Shown: in pieces, positions 39,398 to 53,119 of the stretch
Numbering within the stretch: position 1 is the stretch's first letter
How the letters are laid out: each line of letters starts with the position of its first letter
Origin: Kudoa neothunni
Lineage: Eukaryota > Animalia > Cnidaria
Length of the DNA: 64,000 nt
Assembly: GCA_964304625.1 (NCBI GenBank)
Contig: OZ199840.1
Location: 8,197,587 to 8,261,586, forward strand
Reading direction: 5' to 3'
Position numbers and translations under genes: made by a program
The notes under the pieces: model-generated
The model's input: only the letters and a program-made list of their open reading frames with translations
Told to the model about the DNA's origin: nothing
The model's database searches: none

Positions 39398-41690
39398 GAC
39401 AATGTTTCTCAACGTGAGGCGTAGACTCTCCAGCAAGCAAGGTGGAGCGCAAAAATTTTTGGAGCAGAATGGACGCCACTAGTGAAATGCAAGTATCAAT
39501 GAGGAATAAGTGTTTGTAGAATATTTATCATTTGTTGTTATACTATTTTTTTTTGGAAATTAACAAGATAGATATTTAAAGGATTATCAGCATTTTTAAT
39601 TCATAATTCAAATAAAATATTAAGACTAAAAGTATCATCAAAAATTTAGTCCGAAATAATTTCATATTACAACTGCTTACAGCCCCTCTTTGATTAAAGA
39701 TAAATCTAATTTTAAAATTTTAAACCTCAAAAATATAAAAATCGACTGAATTTGCACCACGTCGGTATTACTCAGATGTTCACCGACTACCGACTATCGC
39801 AGTCGTACATCATGGATCTGTGAATATTTGTCTTGTTTTCTTTTTATTCGCAAAGTCCAGATCTGTTTTTGTTACGATGAAAAACGACAGAAAGAGAAAA
39901 AAGGCCATTATTCTCCAGAATTGTTGAGTTTTCGCATTATAACGATAATCTTGACACAAAATTTGTTGTTTGATATGCCATCATGGCTTGAGTAATAGTT
40001 CCATGAAGTTTGACATAATGTTTGCTCAATAATGAAATATTTTGTTTCGCGTAAAGAGTAATTTTAAAATCGACAAAAAGTTTTATCCATGTTTGGTCCT
40101 TAATTTTCACTTAATTATACTTTGGAGGCAAGGGGCGAAATTTCTCCGCTTATTGTAAAAAACGGAAAGAATCAAACAGTTAGAGAGAATTCGATAAAAC
40201 CGGCCATCTCAATTTTCATAAAGACCGTTTAACAAACCACTGACACTGAAATTAAGGCCATGCCACTTAACAATAATACTGTCTTTGATCGAACCGATTA
40301 GACGTCTAATAATTTCAAAATTCAACTCATTGAAAAATTACAACAAGGAAGTTTTCATTGCGACTGACTGAATCCCAAATTCGAGACAGCGAAACTCTTC
40401 TTCGGTCTTATATAAGATACATTGACAAAGAACAATTTTATGCAGAGATGTTATTTTACGCATCTTTGGAAACAACGACAACAGAAAAAGATATCTACAC
40501 TACAGTGAAGAATTGTTTTGTGTCAAATAAGATAATGATCGCCAAGTTGTTGTCATGTGCCGCTCCTGTTTATGATGATGCTATGATGCTATGACGTTAT
40601 GATGGGAAAAAATTTATAAATGTTTTGAAAATCCAAAGTTCATAATAATCCTTAGTGTCATACATCGAGAAAATCTAATGACAACAAATTTATCTCCTTT
40701 TCTTAATGGAATATTACAGAATGTGGTCAAGTGTTTTATAATGTATTTAAACAAATCCCAAGGCCGAAAAATTATTCAAGCAATTTTGCAAAGATCAAAA
40801 TTCCGATCGTATTCATTTGTTGTTCTATAATGAAGTTAGATGAATATCAAACAGAAATTGCCTAAGGAGGTTTATGGAGTTGTTTGATCAAGTGAGTGAA
40901 TTCTTTGACGACAAACCTGAGAGGGATTATATGACCATAAAAGACGGGAAGCCTTTGTGAGTTAACTAGCAGGCAACATTAAGAGACGTTTCACTTTAAA
41001 ATCCAAACTTCAAGGAACAAGTATAACTTTTGCTAATGCATAAATGCAGATTTTTGGATTCATTGCGTCGATCAAATTTTCCACGAAAATTCATCTTGAT
41101 ATCCTTCTGTTCATTTTTATATGTGAAATATCTTGTTATGTTCTATAAATAATTACAAACCATTTAAACATGGTGCTAATAGACTTTAATAACAGATTGT
41201 TCGATTCAAAAGAGATGATTATTCCTACGTGGCTAACTCAACCGCCACTAACCGATGTTTCCGAAACCGAATTTCAGTATCAACAAGAATTGATAGAAAT
41301 ATAACATGATGAATGCACAAATGCGTGACATAACATCAAAGGAATAGATATGTGACACTCAGATGATGTTTGAAGAGAAATACTCAATTACCTCCACTAC
41401 AACTAAAGAAATGTTAATCCCTTTTCCTTTATCATACTTTTGGTAGCAGGGGTGGTCAAAAATTAATTTTTATTCTATAAATCAATTAATCTTTGACCAC
41501 CCCTGCTTAATAGCATATGGATTCAGCGCAATTGGAAATTTTCCAAATGCCGGGGGAAACCGCCCTAACATCAATAAATTACAATAAATTACAATAAGAA
41601 GAGATTTACGTCTTGCGCTAACAAAATCTTTCCCACCAATAATGATCTAATATCGTCAACGTCAAGGACAGATATCTCATCGCAAAAGTA
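39398..41690 (+). mobile_element. Degenerate Buster-type hAT (SCAND3/ZBED8/FAM200-like)
   Basis: Left end caatgtttctcaac. Motifs ESQIRDSETLLRSYIRYIDK...EMLFYASLETTTT, VIHRENL, EVR*ISNRNCLRRF and PFPLSY...GFS. Confidence 0.85.
41447..41505. mobile_element. 59-bp hAT mini-MITE nested in the hAT transposase
   Basis: caggggtggtcaaaaattaatt ... aattaatctttgaccacccctg form near-perfect ~22-bp inverted repeats. Flanks tttggtag and cttaatag look like a decayed 8-bp TSD. Confidence 0.75.
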
Positions 41691-44662
41691 CATGTTAATT
41701 TTTGTTTGGATATTATTCAATGAAATATTTTAGTTTCGCCAGACAGTTCGTGATAGCACAACTTATTGATTTTTTATGGTGATTGTGATACCTTTCATTT
41801 ATGCGCATTTTGGAATTTATGACGATAAATACACATTGTTTAAGTTTATTAAAAATCACGTTTAATATTTAGAAAAAAATCTATTTACATATTATAAAAT
41901 GATCTAACAGTAATATAAAGAAATAAAGAAAACCTCATTAAATCTTGGATGAAAATAATTATTATACTGATGTTTGTCAAAAATAATATATTATTCAACT
42001 TTATTAGTTTTTTTAAGGAAATGGCTATATCTCTATATTTACTGCATATATTTTATTCATATTTTACATACTACTTGATGATTACTTAATTTTTTGTAAG
42101 TTTTGGAAAAATTTGAAGAAGAATAAATTTTCAGTAATGCAACCATCCCAAGTCCATCAATATTCAAGTTTAATTATCATATAATTTTAAATATTTCAAT
42201 AAAAAATCAGTATTCCCCATTTTAAACTAGTCTTTATAACAAATTTTTTTCCTAGAAGTTATTTCATCTTCCATTGTATTCTTTCGGGTTTAAATAATAA
42301 AATATGAGTTTTAGCATGTTTATGTATAGAATGCAGTTTATGTCCTTTAAAGACCTTAATGTAGCCATAATAAAATATGAATAATTAAAATTTAGAATAT
42401 CACAAAAGTTACTATTCTTCCCTAAAAAATTGTGTATTCATCGGTGGAATAAGTCATCTTTTTAGGGAAATTTTTTAATGTAGATCCTACAATAGGAAAC
42501 AATAAGTAAAGTGCTCCAATAATTAATAATTATAGGCAGGAAAAACAATTTTAAATAAAAACATTCGAACAGACGTTAAAATGACAAACAAATTTTCCGT
42601 CGATATTGGCTAATAAAACTTCTGAATTCTTTGGGGAACTCTTTAATAAGTCTATAAGGTCTATTGGGAAAAATAACTCAGAATCATGATGACGTTTTTA
42701 TTGTTCGTTTCCTCAATAAATTTGATTATTTGTTGGCGAATATAATATTTACAATTTAATATGGTTGAAGATATGTGTGGCAGTAAAGAAAAGGAAATAT
42801 TGTACGATTTAATTTCTGATAGTGAGAATTGAGTGCCTTCAGGTGATTAAATAGGGATTTCACCTACCCAAAAGACAAAACTTGACGCGAAAAAATGAAT
42901 TAAAACCCCATAAGGAACAATTAAATAATAACGACAAAGCTGAAAATAGCATAAAACAACCTTCATTAAAAGTTAACATTAAAATATTACTATTGTTGAA
43001 TTTTTCAACCTCAAAATTCCATCGATAATAGAGTCAGTTGTAAGGCCAGGAGGAGTCATTTATCAACAGTTGTGGATATAAAGATGTATGCAAATAATTT
43101 ATTACATCCATAAACCGAAAAATTCAATATTTCATGTTAAATTTATTTCTACATGTGATAATTTATATTTTATGATTTCTAACCCACATGATCAAGTCAT
43201 CATATATTCCATTTCTTGTAGAAATACAAAATAATGCAAACTTTTATATTACTTTATATCTATTAAATTATAAAATGTTTAAAGATATAAGATAATTACA
43301 TTTGAATATTGATGAACTCGGGATGGTTGTACTACTGAAAATTTAACCTCCTTCAAATTTTTCTAAAACACGAAAAATTAAGTTAAGTAAATATTAGATA
43401 ATACGAGCAAAATATATGCAATAGTTTTAGAGATATTCATTCCCTGAGATATAGCCACTACCGTTTTTAATAGGAAGTGCCCAATGACACGGATCATAAT
43501 ATCTAGGTAAATACAACAGATTCTAAAAAAATTAATTCTGTAGATAAACTATAAATAGGCGTTAACGGGATTAAAAAATAAACACGCGCACGCGTACTTA
43601 CCACATCGGATTAAAAACTTCCGTGTCAATAGCCAGTGTCTTTTCAATATAGTTGAACCAAAACAATAACGCGCTCGCATATTTGAAATTTATACTCAAA
43701 ATATTGTAGATTATATTTATAACAGATTCTTATTCTTTATTAAATAAAATATTTTAACTTCTATAATTTGAATTTAAAATGTTGACATATCTATTATCTG
43801 AGAATATTGAGACTTAAAAGGAAAAACAGTGATAATTAATAGAAAAAACACCTCTACAGAAGAGTAATCTACTTTTTTAAACGATCGATAATTAATGGTT
43901 ATTTCAAATACATACAGACATATATTCAGATATAGCACAAATTTATATAAGAACTTTAAAACTTAACTGAATTTTTAAAAGAAAAATGTATAAGTAATGA
44001 ATCCAGAAATATTTTTGTTTACCATATTGCATTGGTATATATGCTACATTGCCAATGTCGTATATAATCTGGAATTATGATTAGATAGTTGTTACGGATA
44101 AACGAACATATATCTATATCGACACGTAATTTCAATAAAACACGAATAAAATCTAAAATATCTCACGGATGATAATCGAGGCTCGACTGTATTTTAAGTG
44201 TACTCGCCAAAAATAACTAATTTGAATTATATTTCAAAAAACGTTAAAAATACATACTCCCATTATTATTGTTTTATTATTGATTATTACTATTAGTATT
44301 TTAATGTGGTAGAGCACCCCGATTTTTCTTATCAAAAAGTGGGTGAGACAAAAAAAGCTTGGAAAACACTGCCTCAAGCAGCTAAGAGATTAGAGATGAT
44401 GCAAGTACTACCAGACAGACACCCATTGTAAAACATGTTTTTATATGCTGAGACGAATTAATGTATCTGAGAGAGCAAGAACATATAATCTCATTGAAAA
44501 GAGTTAAATTAATAGATTTCTCAGTGGAAACAAACGATAAAAACGCCAGCTATAAAACTCACATCAATCGCAAAAATATCAATGCAGACATAAAGCTCTG
44601 TAGAAATGGTTATACACGTGTTTGTGTGGGGTGTTTACAATATTCAATCGGAGAGCGATAGA

Positions 44663-45566
44663 TCACTCATTGAAGTCAAGCTTCATATTACGAACCGTCA
44701 GCAAATACTGTACGAATGTGCCGACAATAGTCAACACGACCCAGATTGAAGCCAATGCCCAATGTTGCCAGCATGGAACTACGGTAATAGGTTCCAGCGA
44801 AGTCAAGGTGATCAACACAATACGTGTTATAGCGCGTTGGCCAAAAATATAATCCAGCATAACAACAAACAATGTGGAAGCCATCCCAGCCATTGGTAAT
44901 CCAAACATACACTCTTGCACCATTGAAAGAGGTATGGTAATAATTAGTGCACATGTTTCGATAATAATAGGTGCTATGAACAACTAAAAAGCGAGTTATT
45001 ACTTATTACATGTGGAGAACAGAAGCGACAAATTTACTCGTGAGAATATAACAAAATATCTTATCAACACCACAACCATTATTCCAATTATTGATCCAAA
45101 ATAGAACGATATAAAAATTCGGGACACAATCCTCGCCAGAGAAACCAATGTGATAATTACCAGGGTGCATGCCACCACAATCAATATTTGATAGATCCAT
45201 TTTAACGAATTCAAATGATAATACACACATGTCGAAATCACTATCGATACTACCATTGCATGCAACAAACTTGAGCTGACCAAATAGAAACGAACTCCTA
45301 CACAAATAAAGTGTGGTTACAAAAATCAACTGATTTATGTCATTTGTGCGCTTACCAATAAAAATAATAACTAGAGCCAACAATCCGTATATAATTTCTA
45401 GGGCGAAATACGGATCTTTAATTTGAGACTGAATTACAAATGGCGAGGAACAATTGTAAGCAGCGGTAGTTAACAACCACCAATATTGGAAAGGTGCTGC
45501 TACGGGATATGCAGCAGTAGTAGTAGCAACAGCAACAGCAGCAGCAGTAGTAGTGACGTTCTCCAT
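44663..45566 (-). CDS. TMEM198: TMEM198 (DUF4203) multi-pass membrane protein, at least 3 exons
   Basis: Introns 45355-45298 and 45037-44984. Product includes LVIIFIGVRFY (cf. FCFFGYRCF), MLDYIF (cf. AADYF) and PCWQHWALASIWVVLTIVGTFVQYLLT (cf. [27 protein letters not shown]). A further short terminal exon near 44580-44598 is possible. Confidence 0.75.
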
Positions 45567-46099
45567 TCTTAAAAATACACGACCAGCCGATTCTTTGTAG
45601 ATATTTGTACCAGTAAATATACTGTAAAATTAAAATCCAATTTTCAGCGCAATTTAACAATATATGTATGACACCTACCGTCACCTGGTTATACTGCAAA
45701 AGATTATACTTTTTATGTGACTCATTCTCAGTCTAATCCCTTCGATATGGGAATCATTATGTTAGGGAGTATTTTTCATTGCATAATTGACTATTAATTA
45801 CAGCGAAAAATAGTTGATAAATTTGAAGTAACATTAATTGATTAAATGTCACTATTTCAGGATCAACATAGTTTACTCAATTAATCCGACCATTACACAA
45901 ATATTATTAGGATCGAAAAATTAAACTTTAGTGACAGTTAATGAACTTTGAATACTGTCCAGAAGTCATATATTCACCGCTCAGTGTCAATTTGTTTAAA
46001 TATTTGATATTTCACCGTTTGTTTTTAAAGAAAAAAATTGCCGGCAAGTAGCGCACTTGTGCGACTATATTTTTCTATTGTTATAGCAAGCCTAGCCTG

Positions 46100-46600
46100 G
46101 ACACATTTTCTCTGGTCTAATTCTAGATCTCCTTTGAGATTGACTATTTATTATGTGGAAAAGCTTCAACTAATGTGGTGTGAGTTTATTCGATGAAAGA
46201 TTAGAATCCAACTCTATTATATAATGAGAGTCCTAGGCGTTATTTTTAAGTAGATTATTGTTGTTTTGGTTGAAAACCAATAGTAGAAGAACTCCTCTAT
46301 TCATAATAGACAAAAATCTGTTGCAAATATTAATTCCCCGCGTAAATCGATAGCAAAATTATTCAGCAGTTCAAGTAAACGATTTTAATTTAATCCGCCA
46401 CCAGCTTAGCACAGTTTTAATCCTATAGTAGGTTATTAACTTGTTATTGGACTTATTCTGGTGATATACACCGGTAAAGTTGATTTTAATAAAATTTCCG
46501 CAATGCCAAATGACATTTTATTAGTTTCATCGTGTGTGTATATTATATGATGACAGGCCTTTGGGGAATTTGTCTTAAAATTTCTCATGGGATAGGGAAC
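46100..46600 (-). mobile_element. Possible LINE reverse-transcriptase C-terminal relic
   Basis: Weak motifs YTHDE, SWWRIKLKS and IELDSNLS in broken frames. Confidence 0.25.
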
Positions 46601-46987
46601 AGTTCGGCTAGATTATGGTAGAAAAAATGATTCCTGTAATCGCGTATTTGTTCGTTGAATGAATTTAAATTTATTATTTCCCAACTAAATATAGATTCGA
46701 TTTATTCATTGAAAACTTGTAAGCTCGAAAATTAATATAAAAATTTTCAGGACGCCTCACAATATTTAAGTTCACTTCCAAAATAGAGATTGTTTAAGGG
46801 TCAAAGTACAGTTCCACCACCCACTCAGCTTGACTCGTATCCAGTATTACACGATAAAATGTAATCTTTATTATGTAACAAAAACAGCGTTTGTAATATT
46901 AAAATTCTTAAATTTTTGAAATGCAATCGACTATTATATCCTAATACGTGGTTTTTCTATTTTGTTTCAAATATCCATTCAGATATA

Positions 46988-48105
46988 TACAGTAGTGTAT
47001 GGATACAACGCAGAAATTGGGAAGATAAAAACCACTGCGTTGCATCCATTTTCGCGCTAGACACATTCGAATAGCACATGCGATCGGGAAAAATAGCAGT
47101 TTTCAATCGGTAATATAATCAATAATAATTTAATGGGAAGAAAAAATTAACTTGTATACCTTTCATTAATAAAATACCGTTCTATATTTTTTGTTCTGCA
47201 AAAATTGTTCAAATATTGAGTCAGAGTCAGCCATTTTAAGTTGGGTTTATATTGTTAAGCATTGACAAAATTTTAGTTAGAAAGGGTTCTTTAACTTTTT
47301 CCCATTAATATAGTTACTCATGGTTTGATATAATAACTTTTTCAATATAATCAGAGTCGAAATCGGGAAAATCTGGTGTTATCCAAATTTCAGAGGTGTC
47401 GACTATGTTGTATTCAAGAGTTTCATCAATAATATTTGTTAAGTCTAATGGTTTCTCCTCTTCAATCAGCTCATTTAGATCATGTTTAAATTGATCATCA
47501 TCATCATCATCATCAAGAACACCTTAGCAATCATAATTTAGTGGATTTTCAGGGAAGAAAATGATTTCCTAAAGCAGTTAACTATGGTTTCCGTTTGAAT
47601 GTATTCCCATAATTTTATTATCGAATGAATAACGTCATTAGATTTCTTTTGTGCATCATTTTAAAACTTTAACAATTCCATGATCCAATGGCTGTAATTG
47701 TAACTGTAACTGTAGCTGTAGCTGTAGCTGTAGCTTTAGCACAGTGGTTGTGTTCGAAGAAAAGTAGCAGTCTTACATTAGACAAATATTTTTGTTGTGG
47801 GCTAAGCAATATCCGAGAAACAATAAAAAAAATTTTCCTCTTAAAAATAGTGAGTTGTTTATTCTATTTTTCAAGAAAAGACAAAAATGGAGCTGGTCAT
47901 GTAGACCTTTTATTATCGTGCTATTTTATTGAGAAATTTTCCATCGCTTGGAACTTAGCATCTTTATTATATGATATAAACTCATAAAACCTTATAATTT
48001 CGAGTTTTTAGGTAGTGTAAAGTGTTTTTGTTTCGCTAAAATTGACGCTCCATCCATTATTTTCTGCCAAGTTCAGATTAAGCGCTGCGTTCGATCCATA
48101 CAGTA
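46988..48105. mobile_element. pogo/Tigger-like non-autonomous element
   Basis: TA-cagtagtgtatggatacaacgcag at the left; inverted ctgcgttcgatccatacagTA at the right. Contains (ATC)n and (GCTGTA)n microsatellites. Confidence 0.5.
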
Positions 48106-50241
48106 AGTTTTCAACACTATTATTTTGTTGAAAACCAATTATTTGGTAACAAATGATCTATTTTGTATTGAAATATCAATTTAAATTTGAATTAAACTAA
48201 AATTAATTTTTAAAAATTGCGTACGAACACAACACTTCAATATGTGATTGAGAGGTATGTTTAGCGTTGCCTAAAAAAGTGTATTTAGAAATGAAGAGGA
48301 GGAAGAAGTAACTATAGCAGTGGCTATTAATGACATCAAGATTAAACTTAATGTGCGGAGAACAGGATTTATGCAAAGCGATCCAGCTGGTTTATTTTAT
48401 TTATATCCAATAACGGACTGAAGCTTACATTTGGCAAAAAAAACGTTTTACTCAAACATACATTACAAATAATTTTAAAAATGATAAAAATTAATATATA
48501 TTTCTCATCATAAATTTATTTGTTTCATAGTTAATTTATCATTTTTGTGTAGTTTAATTACGCAGTTGATCTAATACACACATTTGTCCACCTGAATTAA
48601 TACTTTGAAGAATAAATTTCGAGAGAGTACGTTATTTTTGATGGAAATGGTTAACACCAATGTAAAATGATATGGCTTTTTATTAAAACCATCTATAAAA
48701 GTGAGCATTAATGTATTTTGCGTACAATTAATCCTTGTAAATAGAAATTAATTTTTTTTCGAGTTTTTAACCACCATTTGAAAACATTTTTAAAATTTGT
48801 ACCATCCCTTTAGAAATTATAAAAAATGAACAGAAAAAATTGTCTTAAAAGCGAGTAGATCATATTTGATTTTTAAAGTATATCTTTACGTTCATAGATC
48901 AAATTCAATTTTGAAATAGAAATATTGATATTTCTGGTTTACTACAAGAAGTGTTAATGGTTATAGTCGATTTGGATTGGTTGTCAATGATTTCGTTTAG
49001 ACAAATTGTTCGCGTATATATATCACAATATTGAAGCGTTATTTGTTAAAGTCAAATCATAAAGTTTAATTTTATTATTAGTAAACAAATGAACGAATAA
49101 AACGTAACTTTCTTTCATAACGCCCGCCCAAGTGGGGGGTATTGTGAGGTTTTTTGTCGGTCCCATAAAACCTCGCTATATCCAGGTTCGAATGTATTAA
49201 ACTTATTGTATAATCAAAATATTTCCTAAATTCGGATTAACCGGTTTCGTTAGATTTTAAAGATAAAATATTACAATGCGCAAGGGAAAAATAATTTGAC
49301 TGTATTTTTACATCGAATCGAACTATTTCAAATATATGTATGAATTAAAATTGTGTGTTTGAAATTTTTTAAGGTTCAGATAAAGCAGATTTGAGGGATT
49401 AAAATTGGTAGCTTATATTAAGGGACTCAAATCATTTCCATCAGAATCAGGGCTCCCCAAATAAATGTTAACATTTATATTTGATTTACTTTATTTTCAA
49501 ATATAATCCTAATTATATAATAGGAGATTAAATCAATGTTTGTGATTATATTGTATCATAGTTTCACTAAAATATTTGATATAATTTCTCGATTGAATTA
49601 TGATTACATTTAATTAGATTTAAAATTAAAAATTTAATTAAATCTTGATATTAATAACATCTAAATAAATTTAAAAGTCGATTTAAATGTATTAAACTTT
49701 AGCCTAAAATAGATCTTAAAATTTCTTAATTATAAAATTAGCTATAGTTTTAAGTATATATCAAATATTTGTTGTTTACAGAATTTTTGGACTTGAAATG
49801 ATTCTCATTTAAAGAAAATATAATACGTTTCGTTTTAAACAACCTAGCGAAAAAAATATAATTTAATTTCTCAAAAGTATTGTTGATCTTATTTAAATTC
49901 AACCAAAATCTATTTACAGTAAACTCTCGATATTTCGTAATTTCTGGGACCAAAAGAAAAACCGCATTAGCAAGAAATTACGCAATACCGAGACATGTAC
50001 AGGAGCAAACAATACAAATAATTATTTTATAAAAAATATTCATTGATTATGTGTGGTTTCCTATTTTTTTGACTATTAGATGTGAATATTGATTACACTA
50101 AAATATTTGTTTATTTTTATTTCATCTTTAGTATTTCTTTGAAAACAAATGAATAATTTTCGGTTTTTATTGTAAAGCATTTTGAAGATTAAAGGGGTTA
50201 AAATCAATTATTAAGTTACACAGTATTGTGAGTTCATTGTA

Positions 50242-50511
50242 TCTATGTATATAAAACCTTCCGTCGGTCTGTTAGTATCCGTGGTGTACAAAGCTTGGGT
50301 TTAATCTACCAAACTTGGGTTCTTGGTATTTTTTTTCATTTACATAAAAAACTAAGGCTGTATTGAAAAATTAGGTTATATTAGGAATTGATAAAATGTA
50401 AAATTAAAAGACGTACGATATATTCATGTTTTTATTATTACGCCGAATTATGAAGTGTATAATTCTTTGAATTCGTCTCACATTCGTGGACGCAGCAGGT
50501 TTTCTCCCTAG
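50242..50511 (+). mobile_element. Non-autonomous Helitron (270 bp)
   Basis: Begins TCtatgtatataaaa and ends gtggacgcagcaggttttctccCTAG. It sits between A (50241) and T (50512), the canonical Helitron A|T target, with no TSD. Confidence 0.6.
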
Positions 50512-51151
50512 TGATGCCCCTCTACAGCACTTCCAGTATTAGTTATTGACTTCTTTTGGATGTATTTAATATTTTATCTGAATTAATTATTAACTTAACT
50601 ATTATACCGCATTAGTCTGCACTTTCTCTCTAATAAGCGTCATAAATATAAGGTATACCAACTCATTAAAAGTGGAACCAATGAAATGCATATAACTTTT
50701 AGCTTACAGCTTACAGAGCGGTTAATTAGACTAAATAATAATAATAATATGTGAATTACATGAAAATAATACAAAGAATATTCAAAGTGGGCGATGATTA
50801 ATATATTATGTAAAGTATAAAAAATTTTATAATATTTGTTGATTATTGATTTTTTCAAAAAATCTCATTAAAGAGTGGGATTCAATTTTATTTTCGCGAG
50901 CGCATCTAAATATTGCAAAAATAAAATCTGCATGTAATAAAATCACGTGACAGGTTGATTTAATTTTATCTCGCGGAGATTTTATAGAAAATTGTAATAT
51001 TTCAAGAACGAATCAAAGACGTAAAATCTGAGCAGAAATTCATTTAGTCAATTATTGCAAAAAAGAAAAAAAGTCAATATAATAAAAATAAAATGCTCTA
51101 CTAATATGATACATTTTTAATATTCACAAATAAAGTGTCTAGACCTATTTT

Positions 51152-51814
51152 CTACTTGTTGGGTTTGCGTTTGCGTTGTTTTTTGGCATTATCAATCTTT
51201 TTAACATTCTTTCTCGCTTGTTTTAATATCTCTTGTTTCGCCTATATTCCAACACATTAAAAACTATTACCAACAACTTTTTTTACTACCTTGAAAAATT
51301 GTTGTTGATAATTGTCCAGATATTCTTCATCTGGCGCTTGGCATTCGCTAATTTTGCCCTCAAGTATCTTTTTTAGGTTGTTTTGGCTCCCTAAAAGATT
51401 CACAAAGATTCACAAAGATTCACAAAGATCCACAAAGATCCACAAAAATTCACAATAACATTAAAAATATATTAGTTATGAGTAAACTTTAAATGCTACC
51501 CTTTAAACCATATTTTATTCGTTCTATGTTGCATTCTTCATTACTACATGCAACTAATGGAAACATATGATTCTTTTTATCCGAGTTAATTTCAATATCG
51601 ACATAATTCAACCCTAACAGTTTATTAAGTTCCTCAATATTGAGGTTTAATTGGAGTGGTAGTTTTGGCCCCTCTGTTTCGACACCCTTCTCATTTTCTT
51701 GGATGAAACGAAACTAATCAATTTTATTCCATTAATGAATACATAAAATACAGTGGATTCAGTAGAGAATAAATTTTTTAAATTATCAGAGTTATTGTTA
51801 GCCCCACTCTCCAT
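51152..51814 (-). CDS. Orphan spliced gene, about 155 aa, 4 exons, basic C-terminus
   Basis: Three GT-AG introns join in frame: MESGANNNSDNLKNLFSTEST-FRFIQENEKGVETEGPKLPLQLNLNIEELNKLLG...YGLKG-SQNNLKKILEGKISECQAPDEEYLDNYQQQFFK-AKQEILKQARKNVKKIDNAKKQRKRKPNK*. Not in the ORF track. Confidence 0.7.
51394..51453. repeat. 10-bp tandem repeat (aaagat[t/c]cac) x about 6, intronic
   Basis: Read directly. It abuts the 3' splice site of intron 2 of the orphan gene. Confidence 0.9.
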
Positions 51815-51825
51815 TACCCCTTATG

Positions 51826-51837
51826 TACGCATGCGCA
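51826..51837 (-). promoter_or_regulatory. NRF1/Ewg-like motif TGCGCATGCGTA
   Basis: Lies about 12 bp upstream of the orphan ATG. Related motifs occur upstream of DMAP1, ING3 and NCKAP1. Confidence 0.45.
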
Positions 51838-53119
51838 CACAAACACAGAAGTGAGAGGGGTAGTACGTACTTTTGCTTGTTCATATAGAATTTACTACTT
51901 GTTGAACACATTACTTAGGTTGACGTTTATAAACTTAATTTGGTTTTTACATTTGAAAAATAATTTCCAGATAAAAAATCAATAAAATATTGTAATTTAA
52001 ACGCATTGTTGGGTAATACACACCATTTTCCCTGAAATCAACTTTAAAATTGCGCACAGATACAATTAGATTTTTATAATAAAAAAATATAATAAAATAT
52101 TTGAAGTTAATATAAAAAATTGTTGTTATATTCATATTAATTTTAAATAATAACCCATCCACGAAATTACATATTATATAATTATATGAAAATGGAACTG
52201 TAAATATTAAACAACTGAACAAACGATGAATCCGACCAAAAATCTGCGAACGGATTACTTGCTTGAATAAGGTCAAATATTTCAGAGTTATTCCTCATAG
52301 GAAATTATTTTTAAACGTAATAAAATTGTGTAGAAAATTATGTAAAACGTCATGATGTTAGTTATGATTGGTTTTAAGGTTGTAAGGAACAGTTTAATGT
52401 GCGTAGGTTAAACCTTTATAGTGATTCGATAATCGGTGGTGAATGTAGCCCTAAAAATAACTCTGAAAATTTAAACTCGACACAATATTGAAATTTAACT
52501 AAGACAAATCATGATTCAATTTTGTTGCAATTTTCTATACAGGAAATATTAAAAGTAGAGAATGAAATCTTTTTGGCTGAGCAGGACGATTTTCACCCAC
52601 CTAAAAAAATATTACATATCGAAAAAAGAGGATGAACAAATAACTAAATTTTCCAGTTATACAAAAGACATTAGTACATCCTATTTACAAAATGTCGATT
52701 AATAAATATCTCAATTGTATAGAAGGATTTAAAACAAAAAATGGTTCTATTTATTTCTAAAAGTACACTTAGAACTCAAATGAAGATTTGTATTACGTCT
52801 ACATTGAGAGTAACACACCAGTTAAATTAATAGATCTTCTCTAAAGTAAATTATTACAATAATAATAAAAAATTAATTGAATTTTGAATATACACATGCG
52901 TTCCAAAAATGCATATTACCCTTCACCTATTGTATAATTAACTTTATTTTATTAACATGCCTTTGTTGGCAACTAAAATTATAGTATTTATTTTTTTAAA
53001 AATCACTCCTGCCAAACAATAAAAATATGTGAATAATGCGCACGCAGATACAATTACATTAAAGGTACCTGCATTTTTGCATTCGAGGAAATTTAAACGT
53101 TGTATTCATACCTGGAATA

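Noticed and set aside
47688-47987. 99-aa ORF with a signal-peptide-like VAVAVA start
   Set aside because: The hydrophobic start is a (GCTGTA)n microsatellite inside a TE relic.
51394-51453. Regular repeats considered as CRISPR-like
   Set aside because: Head-to-tail 10-mers with no spacers, in a eukaryotic intron.
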